From assembly GCF_043950625.1 (NCBI RefSeq), contig NZ_CP171007.1: a DNA stretch of 32,000 nucleotides. One strand, 5' to 3'. Under the pieces are notes generated by a model. That model made no database searches. It had not been told where the DNA came from and saw only the letters and a program-made list of their open reading frames with translations. Position numbers and translations under genes: made by a program. Positions 1 to 9,576 of the stretch are shown piece after piece. Numbering within the stretch: the first letter of the stretch is position 1; each line of letters opens with the position of its first letter. The DNA is from Alkanindiges sp. WGS2144. GTDB taxonomy: Bacteria; Pseudomonadota; Gammaproteobacteria; Pseudomonadales; Moraxellaceae.

Positions 1-519
1 TCAGACCGCCTGCCTTCGCCGCTACATTTAAAACTAAAAGTGGGAGCTCAAGTAATGTTTACTCAGAACGATCCACAGCGGCGCTGGCTAAATGGTACTG
101 TCGGTCAGGTCACAGCACTGGATCAGGATAAAATCATGGTGAGCCTGCGCAGCACCGGAGAAAAACTGGCGGTAGAGCGAGTGGAATGGCTGGAATATCA
201 CTACCAGTGGAATGCTACTAAACAGGAAATTGAGCGTATTGAAATAGGCAGTTATAGCCAGTTTCCGCTGGTGCTATCCTGGGCGATGACCATTCATAAA
301 AGTCAGGGGCGCACCATAGACAAGGTGCATCTGGAGCTGGGCAAAGGCGCTTTTGAAACTGGCCAAACTTACGTGGCGTTGAGCCGCTGTCGCACTATGG
401 AAGGGCTGTCTTTCTCGCGGCCTTTAAGGATAAACGATGTGTTTACCGACATAGAATCTACAGAATTTTATCGTTACTTACGTACCAAGAGTTTATTTAA
501 TTATAAAAATAATATTTAA
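1..519 (+). CDS. PIF1/RecD-like SF1 DNA helicase, C-terminal fragment (5' end outside window)
   Basis: Frame 1 is open from base 1 (SDRLPSPLHLKLKVGAQVMF...) to the TAA at 517-519. It carries the C-terminal SF1 helicase signatures WAMTIHKSQGRT and GQTYVALSRCR typical of PIF1/RecD-type helicases. The ATG at 40 in the ORF track is internal. Confidence 0.7.
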   Translation, partial: SDRLPSPLHLKLKVGAQVMFTQNDPQRRWLNGTVGQVTALDQDKIMVSLRSTGEKLAVERVEWLEYHYQWNATKQEIERIEIGSYSQFPLVLSWAMTIHKSQGRTIDKVHLELGKGAFETGQTYVALSRCRTMEGLSFSRPLRINDVFTDIESTEFYRYLRTKSLFNYKNNI

Positions 520-567
520 TATCAAACATATAGTTCAAAAAAGCAAATAAAGAAAAAGGTTGATATT

Positions 568-586
568 AATAATGATTCTCAATACA
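568..586. promoter_or_regulatory. Candidate Fur box upstream of the TonB-dependent receptor gene
   Basis: AATAATGATTCTCAATACA matches about 13 of 19 positions of the Fur consensus GATAATGATAATCATTATC by hand alignment. It sits in an AT-rich region about 90 nt upstream of a siderophore receptor gene. Confidence 0.4.
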
Positions 587-677
587 ATTAGCATCAATTT
601 GTAATAATGCTGTATCGCATTGTAAACACCTTACGACGCAAGCTATTAACGGGGTTTTTATTTTGGAATCTTTACCA

Positions 678-2936
678 ATGAACTATATTGTGAGTCGCAA
701 AAAAACCGGTCTGAAAAACGGAAAAACCATGCTGGCTTCCATGTTGTCGCTGGCTGCAGTACCTACACTTGCTGTAGCAGCAGATAGCACATCCGAAAGC
801 GTATTACCGACGATACATATTACTGCCGAGCGTAGTGATTCTAGCAATAACCTCAAGGTTGACCAGTCTGCTAACAATAAATTTACTGCACCACTATTAG
901 ATACCCCAAAATCTGTATCGGTTATTTCTAAACAACTGATTGAAGATACTCAAGTCACCACTTTAGCAGATGCTTTGCGTACAGTACCAGGGATTACTTT
1001 AGGGGCGGGTGAAGGTGGCAACCCAAATGGAGATCGACCATTTATTCGTGGGTATAACTCTGAAAGCTCCATATATACCGATGGTATACGTAACGCCACA
1101 TCGCAAAACCGTGAAATGTTTGCAGTTGAGCAAGTTGAGGTCACTAAGGGTTCTGCGTCTGCAATGGGTGGCGCAGGCACAACCGGCGGTAGCATCAACC
1201 TGATCTCTAAAGTAGCCAAAAGCGGCGACTTTTTAGAAGGCTCCGTGGCGGGTGGTACCGACAGCTACGCACGTATTACCCTGGATGCTAACAAAGATTT
1301 TGGCAATGGAATTGCCGCTCGTGTTGCTGTACTGGGTCATCAAAATGAAAAACCAGGTCAGTCAAATGGTACAGAATATAAACGTGCTGGTATTGCACCA
1401 AGTATTAGCTTTGGTCTGGATACACCTACCCGTGCGACGTTAAGCTATTACTATCTAAAAACTGATGATATGCCAGATTCAGGTATTCCATACCAATATG
1501 ACTCGGTCAAAAAGACAACTGTTGGTAAACCCATCAATGTAAAACAGGGGGTTTACTATGGTCTACAAGATCGCGATTTTCAAAAGCAAGAAAATCAGAT
1601 TGGTACGATCAAGTTAGAACATGACTTGACTGACACTCTCACCATTAGCAACACTGCGGTATACAGTAAATCAAATAATGATTATCTATGGACACAACCT
1701 GATGATTCAAAAGGTAATGTGCTCAATGATAAAGTTTGGCGTCGCATTAACTCACGTATCACTGATACCGACATTTTTACCGATCAACTGGCATTAACAG
1801 GTAAGTTCAATACAGGCATGCTCCAGCATAGCTTCAATGTGGGTGCAGAATATAGTGACCAGAAGTCAGATAAAGGGAATTATTTAACAACCTATCCTGG
1901 CTATGCTGATTCAACCACTGGGGGTTTTAACAGTGACTGTAAAATCAATGATGCTTGGTGCACCTCTTTAACCAATCCAAATACCAATACACCCTGGTTA
2001 GGTATTGCCACAGCCAATAAGAATGTGACAACGACTAAAACCAATATTACCTCAGTTTACATGCTGGATAATATCGAGTTCACCCCTCAATGGTTACTTG
2101 ATTTAGGAGTACGCTGGGATAAATTCAATACAGAGCAAACCACCAACGCCACTGGTGAAAAAATTGAAAGTGATACCGACTTCTTCACTTATCAAGCAGG
2201 TTTAACCTTTAAACCTGTTGAAAATGGCTCTATCTATGCAAGCATTGCAACCTCTGCCAATCCTGTTGGCGTAGATGGCGGTGATGGTTCAGAGGCTATT
2301 GGTAAGGCTTATATGGATTTAGATCCTGAAGAAAGTCGCACTTTTGAAATTGGTACAAAGTGGGACTTGTTTAGTGAGCGCTTAAACTTAACAGCAGCCA
2401 TTTTCCGTACTGAAAAGCAAAACACACGTATCCAGCTTGATTCAACTACTTATACCAATGGCGGTAAAACCAGAGTTGATGGACTTGAACTTGGAGTAAA
2501 TGGGCAAATTACTGATCGATGGGATGTTTCCGCTGGATACACCTATCTGGATAGTGAAACTGTAAACCCTGGCCCATCATGTAACCGTCAGGGTGTATGT
2601 ATGCCAGACAACCCTGCTAAAGGTAAACAAATACAAAACGTACCCAAGAACTCAGCAGCTTTATGGACCACCTATAAAGCTATGCCACAGTTAACATTGG
2701 GTGCAGGTGCAATTGCGATGGACAAAGTCTATGGTGACGCAGCCAACACCAAGTATGTTCCAGGCTATGTTCGCTACGATGCCATGGCGCGTTATGAAGT
2801 CAACCCGCAGGTTAATTTGCAATTAAACGTCAATAACCTGTCAGACAAACGCTACTTCACCAAGGCTTACGCTCCGCACTACGCCACCGAAGCAGATGGC
2901 CGCAATGCGGTGCTGTCCTTAAACTTCAAGTATTAA
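678..2936 (+). CDS. fiu: TonB-dependent catecholate siderophore receptor (Fiu/PiuA family)
   Basis: ORF 663-2936. The N-terminus has a basic n-region plus the hydrophobic signal MLASMLSLAAVPTLAVAA, so ATG 678 is preferred over TTG 663. There is a TonB-box-like LPTIHITA and a plug domain (DTPKSVSVISKQLIEDTQVTTLADALRTVPGI...FIRGY...VEVTKG). The protein has a beta-barrel length and ends in an aromatic residue (LSLNFKY). Overall it resembles E. coli Fiu, and a PiuC/YbiX gene follows, as in fiu-ybiX and piuA-piuC. Confidence 0.85.
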   Translation: MNYIVSRKKTGLKNGKTMLASMLSLAAVPTLAVAADSTSESVLPTIHITAERSDSSNNLKVDQSANNKFTAPLLDTPKSVSVISKQLIEDTQVTTLADALRTVPGITLGAGEGGNPNGDRPFIRGYNSESSIYTDGIRNATSQNREMFAVEQVEVTKGSASAMGGAGTTGGSINLISKVAKSGDFLEGSVAGGTDSYARITLDANKDFGNGIAARVAVLGHQNEKPGQSNGTEYKRAGIAPSISFGLDTPTRATLSYYYLKTDDMPDSGIPYQYDSVKKTTVGKPINVKQGVYYGLQDRDFQKQENQIGTIKLEHDLTDTLTISNTAVYSKSNNDYLWTQPDDSKGNVLNDKVWRRINSRITDTDIFTDQLALTGKFNTGMLQHSFNVGAEYSDQKSDKGNYLTTYPGYADSTTGGFNSDCKINDAWCTSLTNPNTNTPWLGIATANKNVTTTKTNITSVYMLDNIEFTPQWLLDLGVRWDKFNTEQTTNATGEKIESDTDFFTYQAGLTFKPVENGSIYASIATSANPVGVDGGDGSEAIGKAYMDLDPEESRTFEIGTKWDLFSERLNLTAAIFRTEKQNTRIQLDSTTYTNGGKTRVDGLELGVNGQITDRWDVSAGYTYLDSETVNPGPSCNRQGVCMPDNPAKGKQIQNVPKNSAALWTTYKAMPQLTLGAGAIAMDKVYGDAANTKYVPGYVRYDAMARYEVNPQVNLQLNVNNLSDKRYFTKAYAPHYATEADGRNAVLSLNFKY

Positions 2937-2981
2937 TAAAAGTCCCATAATTTATTTATGGGATGGCGCTACAATACTCAA

Positions 2982-3008
2982 ATAGCCTCCGCTGTGAGGC
3001 TATTTTTT
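2982..3008 (+). terminator. Rho-independent terminator after the receptor gene
   Basis: An 8-bp stem ATAGCCTC/GAGGCTAT with a 6-nt loop CGCTGT is followed by a T-run (3003-3008). Confidence 0.65.
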
Positions 3009-3064
3009 ATGGTGTATTTATTTTTGACTAGTTTATCAATTACTTGTTTAACAGGAGACCTGCT

Positions 3065-3748
3065 GTGATTCATCATATTGCCAACGTGCTGACCAAGCAG
3101 CAGGTTCAGGAATTCCGTCAGCACATGGACGCCGCCGACTGGACAGATGGTAAAATCACGGCGGGAACCCTATCGGCCAGTGTGAAGAAAAACCAGCAAT
3201 TGCCAGAAGACCACCCGCTAACCCATGCCTTGAGCGAACAGGTCATTGCAGCAGTGTGGAATCATCCGCAGTTTGTATCGGCTGCCCTGCCACACCAGAT
3301 GATTCCACCGCTATTTAACCGCTATGAAACTTCTGAGAACTTTGGTTTTCATGTGGATAATGCCATCCGCCTAATTCGTGGCAGCAACCAGCATATCCGT
3401 ACTGATATTTCCTGCACCCTGTTTTTAAGCGAGCCGGAAGACTATGATGGCGGCGAGCTGGTCATTGAAGACACCTATGGTTATCATGAAGTGAAACTGC
3501 CTGCCGGTGATTTAATTTTGTACCCATCTACCAGCCTGCATCAGGTCACACCGGTAACACGCGGCTGCCGGGTGGCATCATTCTTTTGGGTGCAAAGCAT
3601 GGTACGCGACGATAGCCAGCGTCATTTACTGTTTAGCCTGGATGAAAGCATCCAGAGCCTGCGTGCCCAGCATGGCGACCTGTACCCTGAAGTGGTTAAA
3701 CTCACTAGCCTGTACCATAACCTGATTCGCATGTGGGCAGAGGTGTAA
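3065..3748 (+). CDS. piuC: Fe(II)/2-oxoglutarate-dependent PKHD-type hydroxylase (PiuC/YbiX family)
   Basis: ORF 3044-3748. An in-frame GTG at 3065 lies 8 nt after AGGAG (3053-3057), so it is preferred over TTG 3044. The HxD motif (FHVDNA) and distal His (SLHQVTPV) of the 2-His-1-carboxylate fold are present. The position next to a Fiu-type receptor fits the family. Confidence 0.85.
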   Translation: MIHHIANVLTKQQVQEFRQHMDAADWTDGKITAGTLSASVKKNQQLPEDHPLTHALSEQVIAAVWNHPQFVSAALPHQMIPPLFNRYETSENFGFHVDNAIRLIRGSNQHIRTDISCTLFLSEPEDYDGGELVIEDTYGYHEVKLPAGDLILYPSTSLHQVTPVTRGCRVASFFWVQSMVRDDSQRHLLFSLDESIQSLRAQHGDLYPEVVKLTSLYHNLIRMWAEV

Positions 3749-3799
3749 AAATAATCACTGGCTATTGACAGCTCGCATAAATCGCTTATTATCAGGGTT

Positions 3800-3892
3800 A
3801 TGAATAATAACGCAGTATTTTTCGCCCCTTCTTTTTCAGGCCTGCTTAAGCGCAATTTTGGCCTGCTACTGCTGCGCCTTGCGCGCATATAA
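3800..3892 (+). CDS. Candidate leucine-rich leader peptide (30 aa) upstream of leuA
   Basis: ATG 3800 to TAA 3890-3892 encodes MNNNAVFFAPSFSGLLKRNFGLLLLRLARI. Seven of 30 residues are Leu, including four consecutive Leu codons (CTG CTA CTG CTG, 3863-3874). This resembles the GLLLL core of enterobacterial LeuL. It lies about 170 nt upstream of leuA. The SD is weak and no canonical terminator hairpin was found. Confidence 0.4.
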   Translation: MNNNAVFFAPSFSGLLKRNFGLLLLRLARI

Positions 3893-4059
3893 TATTTTTT
3901 CTCGCCCCGCGTGTCCTGTTGACACAATTTATTCAAAAGTCAGTTGAATGAACCGTTGCTCTATTGGCAATGTTTAACTGATTGTTGCACTCAAGAAACT
4001 TTTATTCTTTAAAGAAATTTTAAATAAATGATCAGACCCGCCCGTGACTGATCTGGAGA

Positions 4060-5730
4060 ATGACCATGTTAGCCAACCCAGCCAGCAAATACCGCCGTAT
4101 GTACCAGCAGGTCAATTTACCTGACCGCCAGTGGCCTTCCAAGCAAATTGATAAAGCCCCGATCTGGATGAGCACCGATTTACGCGATGGCAATCAGGCC
4201 CTATTTGAGCCAATGAATGCAGAACAAAAACTCAAGATGTTTTTGATGCTGGTCAAAATTGGTTTTAAACAAATTGAAGTAGCTTTTCCATCGGCATCGC
4301 AAACCGATTTTGATTTTGTGCGCACTTTAATTGAGCAAAACCTTATTCCTGATGATGTCACCATTGAAGTATTGACTCAGGCGCGTGACCATTTAATTGA
4401 GCGTACTTTTGAATCCTTAAAAGGGGCAAAGCAAGCGATTGTGCATATTTATAATGCGACTTCACCGACTTTTCGCCAAAAAGTGCTCAATGTCGACCGT
4501 GATGGCAACAAACAACTGGCCATCAATGCCGCTAAAAAAGTAAAAGAACTGGCCGCTCAGCAACCAGACACCCAATGGACATTTCAATATAGCCCGGAAA
4601 CCTTTACTGCAACCGAAATGGATTTTGCCAAGGAAGTCTGTGATGCTGTATGCGAGGTGTGGCAACCAACTCCCGATAATAAAATCATTTTAAACCTGCC
4701 TGCCACGGTAGAAGTAGCCAGTCCCAATGTATATGCCGATCAGATTGAGTGGATGCATCGAAATTTGGCCATGCGTGACAGTGTGATTATTAGCGTCCAT
4801 CCGCATAATGACCGTGGTTGTGGTGTGGCCGCGGCAGAGCTGGCTCTCATGGCAGGGGCTGACCGTGTAGAAGGCTGCGTCTTTGGTAATGGTGAGCGCA
4901 CAGGTAACGTCGATATTGCAATTATTGCCTTGAATATGTACACGCAAGGCATTAGCCCAAATCTTGATTTTTCTAATATCAATGAAATTATTAGCACCAT
5001 CGAAGAATGTACTGGTTTGCCTGTACATCCGCGCCACCCGTATGCAGGTGATTTGGTATTTACTGCGTTTTCGGGTAGCCATCAGGATGCGATTAAAAAA
5101 GGCTTTAGCCAGCAAGACCCGGATGGTTATTGGGATATGCCCTATTTACCCATTGATCCCAAAGACTTAGGCCGTAATTACGATGCAGTGATTCGGGTCA
5201 ATAGCCAGTCTGGTAAAGGCGGCATCGCTTATTTGCTGGAAGCCCATTATGGCGTGGTATTACCGCGTCGCCTGCAAATTGAATTTAGTCAGGTGGTACA
5301 AAATTATATGGATGCGCACGGCACCGAGGTAACCGCCCAGCAATTGTGGCAGTTGCTGAATAAAACTTATGTGCAGGCGCACCAGCCGTATCAGTTTATT
5401 AATTATGAGCTGACCGATAAAAACGGCAAGCAGCAGATTAAGCTGTTTGTGGAATATCAAGGCGGTGACCATGTATTTGAAGGCAGCGGTAATGGTCCAA
5501 TTTCTGCCGTGATTAATGCGCTGGGCTTACCGCTGGATGTACTCAGCTATGAAGAACGCAGCCTTTCACATCAGGGGGGTACAGGTGCCAATGCACAGGC
5601 GCTGGCTATTATCGAGTTAAACGACCAGCAACGGCAGCACAGCACCTTTGGTCTGGGCGTGCATGACAATATTGTCACCGCGTCTATTCAGGCCATTATG
5701 GCATGCGTGAATCGTTTGCAATCCCATTAA
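4060..5730 (+). CDS. leuA: 2-isopropylmalate synthase (long, LeuA type 2)
   Basis: The 556-aa ORF carries the motifs DLRDGNQ and [11 protein letters not shown]. Its N-terminal PSKYRRMY...LPDRQWPSK... resembles the actinobacterial-type long LeuA. ATG 4066 (7 nt after GGAG 4055-4058) is an equally plausible start. Confidence 0.93.
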   Translation: MTMLANPASKYRRMYQQVNLPDRQWPSKQIDKAPIWMSTDLRDGNQALFEPMNAEQKLKMFLMLVKIGFKQIEVAFPSASQTDFDFVRTLIEQNLIPDDVTIEVLTQARDHLIERTFESLKGAKQAIVHIYNATSPTFRQKVLNVDRDGNKQLAINAAKKVKELAAQQPDTQWTFQYSPETFTATEMDFAKEVCDAVCEVWQPTPDNKIILNLPATVEVASPNVYADQIEWMHRNLAMRDSVIISVHPHNDRGCGVAAAELALMAGADRVEGCVFGNGERTGNVDIAIIALNMYTQGISPNLDFSNINEIISTIEECTGLPVHPRHPYAGDLVFTAFSGSHQDAIKKGFSQQDPDGYWDMPYLPIDPKDLGRNYDAVIRVNSQSGKGGIAYLLEAHYGVVLPRRLQIEFSQVVQNYMDAHGTEVTAQQLWQLLNKTYVQAHQPYQFINYELTDKNGKQQIKLFVEYQGGDHVFEGSGNGPISAVINALGLPLDVLSYEERSLSHQGGTGANAQALAIIELNDQQRQHSTFGLGVHDNIVTASIQAIMACVNRLQSH

Positions 5731-5804
5731 GAACTGGCTTAAAAGCAACCGGATACAGCGCTAATTTGTGCAGCAAATGGCGCCTATCCCCTTGCCCTTG
5801 CCCT

Positions 5805-5834
5805 CAAGCCCTCGTAAACTCAAGGGCTTGGTTT
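5805..5834 (+). terminator. Possible terminator/hairpin after leuA
   Basis: An 8-bp stem CAAGCCCT/AGGGCTTG (5805-5812 / 5823-5830) with a 10-nt loop is followed only by GTTT, so the U-tract is weak. Confidence 0.35.
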
Positions 5835-5860
5835 AACTGCTATTGGGATAGATTTTTATC

Positions 5861-7087
5861 GTGGGTTCTTCTGCTGGGCTGTCTACTGCCAATCCGTTTC
5901 CTGCTGACTCGGTTGGTTTGGTGACACCGCGCTGTGAGCAATTTGAGCAACCATTATTGCTGGAGTGTGGTCGTACCCTGCCGCGCTTTGAGCTCATGGT
6001 TGAAACCTATGGTCAGCTCAATACCAATGCTTCCAATGCCATTTTAATTTGCCATGCTTTATCCGGCCATCATCACGCAGCCGGCTATCATAGCGAACAA
6101 GACAGCAAACCAGGCTGGTGGGAAAGCTGCATTGGCCCCGGCAAAGCCATTGATACTGACCAGTTTTTTGTGGTGGCACTGAACAATATTGGAGGCTGCC
6201 ACGGCTCAACTGGCCCCACCTCACCCAACCCTGAAAATGATAACCGTCCTTATGGACCGGATTTTCCGCTGGTGACAGTACGTGACTGGGTACATACGCA
6301 GGCGCTACTGGCCGACCGTTTAGGAATTAAAGTCTGGCATGCCGTAGTTGGCGGCTCGCTCGGCGGCATGCAGGCTTTGCAATGGGCGGTTGATTATCCA
6401 GACCGTTTAAAAAACTGTGCCGTCATTGCCAGCACGCCCAAACTATCAGCACAAAATATTGCCTTTAATGAAGTGGCTCGACAGTCCATTTTATCCGACC
6501 CTGATTTTTATGGCGGGCGCTATTTAGAGCACGATACCTTTCCAAAACGTGGCTTAATTCTGGCACGTATGGTCGGTCATATTACCTATTTATCTGATGA
6601 TGCCATGAAGCAAAAATTTGGCCGCGACCTAAAATCCGGTAAGTTTTTATATGGCTACGATGTAGAGTTTCAGGTTGAAAGCTATTTGCGCTATCAGGGC
6701 GAGCAATTTAGCCGCAACTTTGACGCCAATACTTATTTGATCATGACCAAGGCGCTGGATTATTTTGATCCTTCACGCGACCATGAAGAAAATTTAACCA
6801 AGGCATTAAGCGGGGCCCAGTGCCGTTTTTTAATTGTTTCCTTCACTACAGACTGGCGCTTTGCCCCAAGCCGCTCACAAGAAATTGTTGATGCCTTAAT
6901 TAAAAACAAGCAGTCGGTGAGCTATCTGGACATTGATGCGCCACAAGGCCATGATGCGTTTTTATTTCCCATTCCGCGCTATGTAAATAGCTTAAAGGCG
7001 TTTTTATCTGCCCCAACCTATCCTGTAAATACACATTTACTTACACAAAAACAGACAGTGACAGGAGGCAATTCCCATGCGTCTTGA
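5861..7087 (+). CDS. metX: Homoserine O-acyltransferase MetX (MetXS-type, alpha/beta hydrolase)
   Basis: The ORF closely resembles Pseudomonas MetX as I recall it (FPADSVGLV..., [35 protein letters not shown]). The nucleophile elbow GGSLGGMQ is present. It is followed by an overlapping metW. Confidence 0.92.
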   Translation: MGSSAGLSTANPFPADSVGLVTPRCEQFEQPLLLECGRTLPRFELMVETYGQLNTNASNAILICHALSGHHHAAGYHSEQDSKPGWWESCIGPGKAIDTDQFFVVALNNIGGCHGSTGPTSPNPENDNRPYGPDFPLVTVRDWVHTQALLADRLGIKVWHAVVGGSLGGMQALQWAVDYPDRLKNCAVIASTPKLSAQNIAFNEVARQSILSDPDFYGGRYLEHDTFPKRGLILARMVGHITYLSDDAMKQKFGRDLKSGKFLYGYDVEFQVESYLRYQGEQFSRNFDANTYLIMTKALDYFDPSRDHEENLTKALSGAQCRFLIVSFTTDWRFAPSRSQEIVDALIKNKQSVSYLDIDAPQGHDAFLFPIPRYVNSLKAFLSAPTYPVNTHLLTQKQTVTGGNSHAS

Positions 7088-7670
7088 TCAGCAACTGGCC
7101 GAAAAATGGATTAAGCCGCACTCGCGTGTACTGGACTTGGGTTGTGGTGATGGTGAGCTTTTGGCACATATGCACCGCAAACTGCATATCGAAGGCTATG
7201 GCCTAGAGATTGATGAAGACAAAATTACAGCGGCACTGGGACGTGGATTAAATATTATTCAACAAGACCTTAACTTGGGGTTAGGGCGTTTTGGCGAGCA
7301 AAGTTTTGACTTTGTGGTCATGGCCCAGGCGCTACAGGCTGTCGAAGCTCCGGATCAGCTTTTACTGGATATGGTGCGGGTTGGCCGGGAAGCAATTATT
7401 ACTTTTCCCAACTTTGCCCACTGGAAAAGCCGCAGTTATTTAGGTATAAAAGGAAAAATGCCGGTATCGGACGCATTACCTTATATGTGGTACGATACGC
7501 CAAATATTCATTTGTGTACGTTTCGCGATTTTGAAGCCTTGTGTGCTCAACATCGCATACGCATCATTAATCGTCTTGCGGTCAATGGCGATCAGCAAGG
7601 AAGCTTTTTAATGAAGCATATTCCCAATTTATTTGGTGAAGTTGCTATCTATCGAGTGAGCCGAACATGA
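7077..7670 (+). CDS. metW: Methionine biosynthesis protein MetW
   Basis: [29 protein letters not shown]... and [12 protein letters not shown]...PNIHLCTF match the MetW family. It overlaps the metX 3' end by 11 nt. Confidence 0.9.
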   Translation: MRLDQQLAEKWIKPHSRVLDLGCGDGELLAHMHRKLHIEGYGLEIDEDKITAALGRGLNIIQQDLNLGLGRFGEQSFDFVVMAQALQAVEAPDQLLLDMVRVGREAIITFPNFAHWKSRSYLGIKGKMPVSDALPYMWYDTPNIHLCTFRDFEALCAQHRIRIINRLAVNGDQQGSFLMKHIPNLFGEVAIYRVSRT

Positions 7671-8257
7671 AAAAACAAATTTCCATTCTCATGCTAAGCC
7701 TAGGATTACTGGCTAGCACAGCCAATGCCGAACTCATTATGAATCCAGGCAGTGTTAACGCCGCCACCAACTATGCCACTATGGCTGTGCCAGCGCTACA
7801 CAGTGCTGCAAAAGCTGGTAGTGCCCCTGCCCAGTTTTATCTGGCCACTCGTTACAAATTGGGTCAGGGTGTCAGCACTGATTTAACCCAGGCATTTGCA
7901 TGGTATAAGAAAGCGGCCGATCAGGGTGTATCAGCTGCGCAACTTAACGTTGGGCAAATGTATGCCGAAGGCCGTGGTGTGAAACAGGACATGAACGCAG
8001 CCAAGCTTTGGTTACAAAAAGCAGCCAAACAAGGCGATAATCGCGCCAGCTACAACCTGGCTTTAATTGAAGAACGCAACCAGAACTTGTCCTCTGCCTA
8101 TCAGTGGTATGAACTGGCTTCCCGCGATGGCATGCTGGACAGAAACGTGAGCAAACAGGCTCAAGGCAAGATTGTTAAACTGGCCGCCAACCTAAGCCAG
8201 CAGGATATTCTGGCTGCCCGTGATCGTGCCGACCGCTGGTTTCAGACCGAGCAATAA
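7667..8257 (+). CDS. Secreted Sel1-repeat (TPR-like) protein
   Basis: An N-terminal signal peptide ([21 protein letters not shown]) is followed by tandem Sel1 repeats (AQFYLATRYKLGQGV, AFAWYKKAADQG, AQLNVGQMYAEGRGV, AKLWLQKAAKQG). The start overlaps the metW stop as ATGA. Confidence 0.8.
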   Translation: MKKQISILMLSLGLLASTANAELIMNPGSVNAATNYATMAVPALHSAAKAGSAPAQFYLATRYKLGQGVSTDLTQAFAWYKKAADQGVSAAQLNVGQMYAEGRGVKQDMNAAKLWLQKAAKQGDNRASYNLALIEERNQNLSSAYQWYELASRDGMLDRNVSKQAQGKIVKLAANLSQQDILAARDRADRWFQTEQ

Positions 8258-8275
8258 ATTTTGTTGATCCTTAAA

Positions 8276-8299
8276 ACGCCCAAACGATGGGCGTTTTTT
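8276..8299 (+). terminator. Rho-independent terminator
   Basis: The stem ACGCCCA/TGGGCGT with loop AACGA is followed by TTTTTT. Confidence 0.7.
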
Positions 8300-8341
8300 A
8301 TTGATCTTTTTAATATCATTTGATTTTTAGAGTGGGTTTTT

Positions 8342-8965
8342 ATGACACAGCAGCATTGGCTCAATCAGGACACTTTGGTGCTGGCCAGCAATAATCAGGG
8401 CAAAATTGCCGAGTTTCAGCACATATTTTCTGAGCTGGCTTTAGATATTCAAGTGCTTGCACAAAAACAGTTTGATATTCCTGATGCTATAGAAGATGGC
8501 TTAAGCTTTATTGAAAATGCCATCCTAAAAGCGCGTCATGCGGCAAGGCTGTCAAACAAGCCTGCGCTGGCTGATGACTCAGGCTTGTGCGTGCCAGTAT
8601 TAAATGGCGCACCGGGAATTTATTCTGCCCGCTATGGCGGTGAGCATGGTAACGATGCCCTAAATAATCAAAAATTACTGCAAGACTTACAGCCCTACCG
8701 TACTGGTGCCTCGATTAAGGCTTATTTTGTTTGCGTGCTGGCATTGGTACAGCATGCCGATGATCCTCTACCACTTATTTTTCAGGGGATCTGGCATGGG
8801 GAGATTCTGGAAACGCCGCGTGGGGACAATGGTTTTGGCTATGACCCCTTATTTTTAGTTACTGAGTTGGGGCAAACCAGCGCCGAGCTGAGCAAAGCAC
8901 AAAAAAACCGCATCAGTCACCGTGGACAGGCCATGCAATTATTTAAACAAAGCCTAGTGGGTTAA
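8342..8965 (+). CDS. rdgB: Non-canonical purine NTP pyrophosphatase (dITP/XTP pyrophosphatase, RdgB/HAM1)
   Basis: The family motifs are present: LVLASNNQGKIAEF, DDSGLCVPVLNGAPGIYSARY, FGYDPLF and NRISHRGQA. Confidence 0.9.
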   Translation: MTQQHWLNQDTLVLASNNQGKIAEFQHIFSELALDIQVLAQKQFDIPDAIEDGLSFIENAILKARHAARLSNKPALADDSGLCVPVLNGAPGIYSARYGGEHGNDALNNQKLLQDLQPYRTGASIKAYFVCVLALVQHADDPLPLIFQGIWHGEILETPRGDNGFGYDPLFLVTELGQTSAELSKAQKNRISHRGQAMQLFKQSLVG

Positions 8966-9069
8966 ATAATCCTGTTAATATCAGCCCACTAATATCAGTA
9001 ATTTTTATTGTCTTTTGGCTCAAAGTCAGCTAAACCTGACACATCGGCCAGTCCAAAAATGGAATTTTG

Positions 9070-9525
9070 ATGAAGAACATTATTTGCCTTATGCTTGGCG
9101 TATTGATCAGTACAGGCAGCTATGCCATTACCAGCCCGCTGAGTCCACAAAAACTGGCATTGGCTCAACAACTGGCCGCCATTGATGGTTCCAAGTCCGC
9201 CTTAGAAGCTGCCAATCAGTTTGCCATCGAGCAGCTTAAAGTCAGTATGCCCGAAGATACGCCGGACGAGTTTTATGCGTACATCAACAAAAATCTGCAA
9301 GTAGACAGTACACACCAGCAAGCCATTCGGGCAACTGCTGCAATTTTGACTGAGGCTGAACTCAAAAAACTGCTGGAGTTTTATCAAAGCCCACAAGGTA
9401 AAAGCATTGCAGGCAAGATGGCTCAAATTAGCCATGAACTTGCCCGCATTAGTAATCAAGCCATTGAGCAGGCATTAATTAAATCAATTGAGGAGCTGGA
9501 AGCTAGCCCTGTGCCACGTCAATAA
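9070..9525 (+). CDS. DUF2059-like periplasmic protein
   Basis: A signal peptide (MKNIICLMLGVLISTGSYA) is followed by a helical protein with FYQSPQGKSIAGKM, as seen in the DUF2059 family. ATG 9070 is preferred over TTG 9067. Confidence 0.6.
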   Translation: MKNIICLMLGVLISTGSYAITSPLSPQKLALAQQLAAIDGSKSALEAANQFAIEQLKVSMPEDTPDEFYAYINKNLQVDSTHQQAIRATAAILTEAELKKLLEFYQSPQGKSIAGKMAQISHELARISNQAIEQALIKSIEELEASPVPRQ

Positions 9526-9576
9526 AATGGGATAGCCCACTTCCAATAAGGCTAAACGGCACTGCCTTTAAACCAG

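Noticed and set aside
3873-3900. The hairpin TGCGC-CTTGC-GCGCA followed by TATAATATTTTTT, considered as the attenuator terminator for the leu leader.
   Set aside because: The stem is only 5 bp, it overlaps the last leader codons, and the T-run is 7 nt away from the stem. This is not a convincing intrinsic terminator, so it is kept only as a caveat in the leader finding.
3622-3936. A 104-aa minus-strand ORF spanning the piuC 3' end and the leuA upstream region.
   Set aside because: It overlaps the well-supported piuC and the intergenic region antisense. It has a low-complexity basic composition and no motif, so it is most likely spurious.
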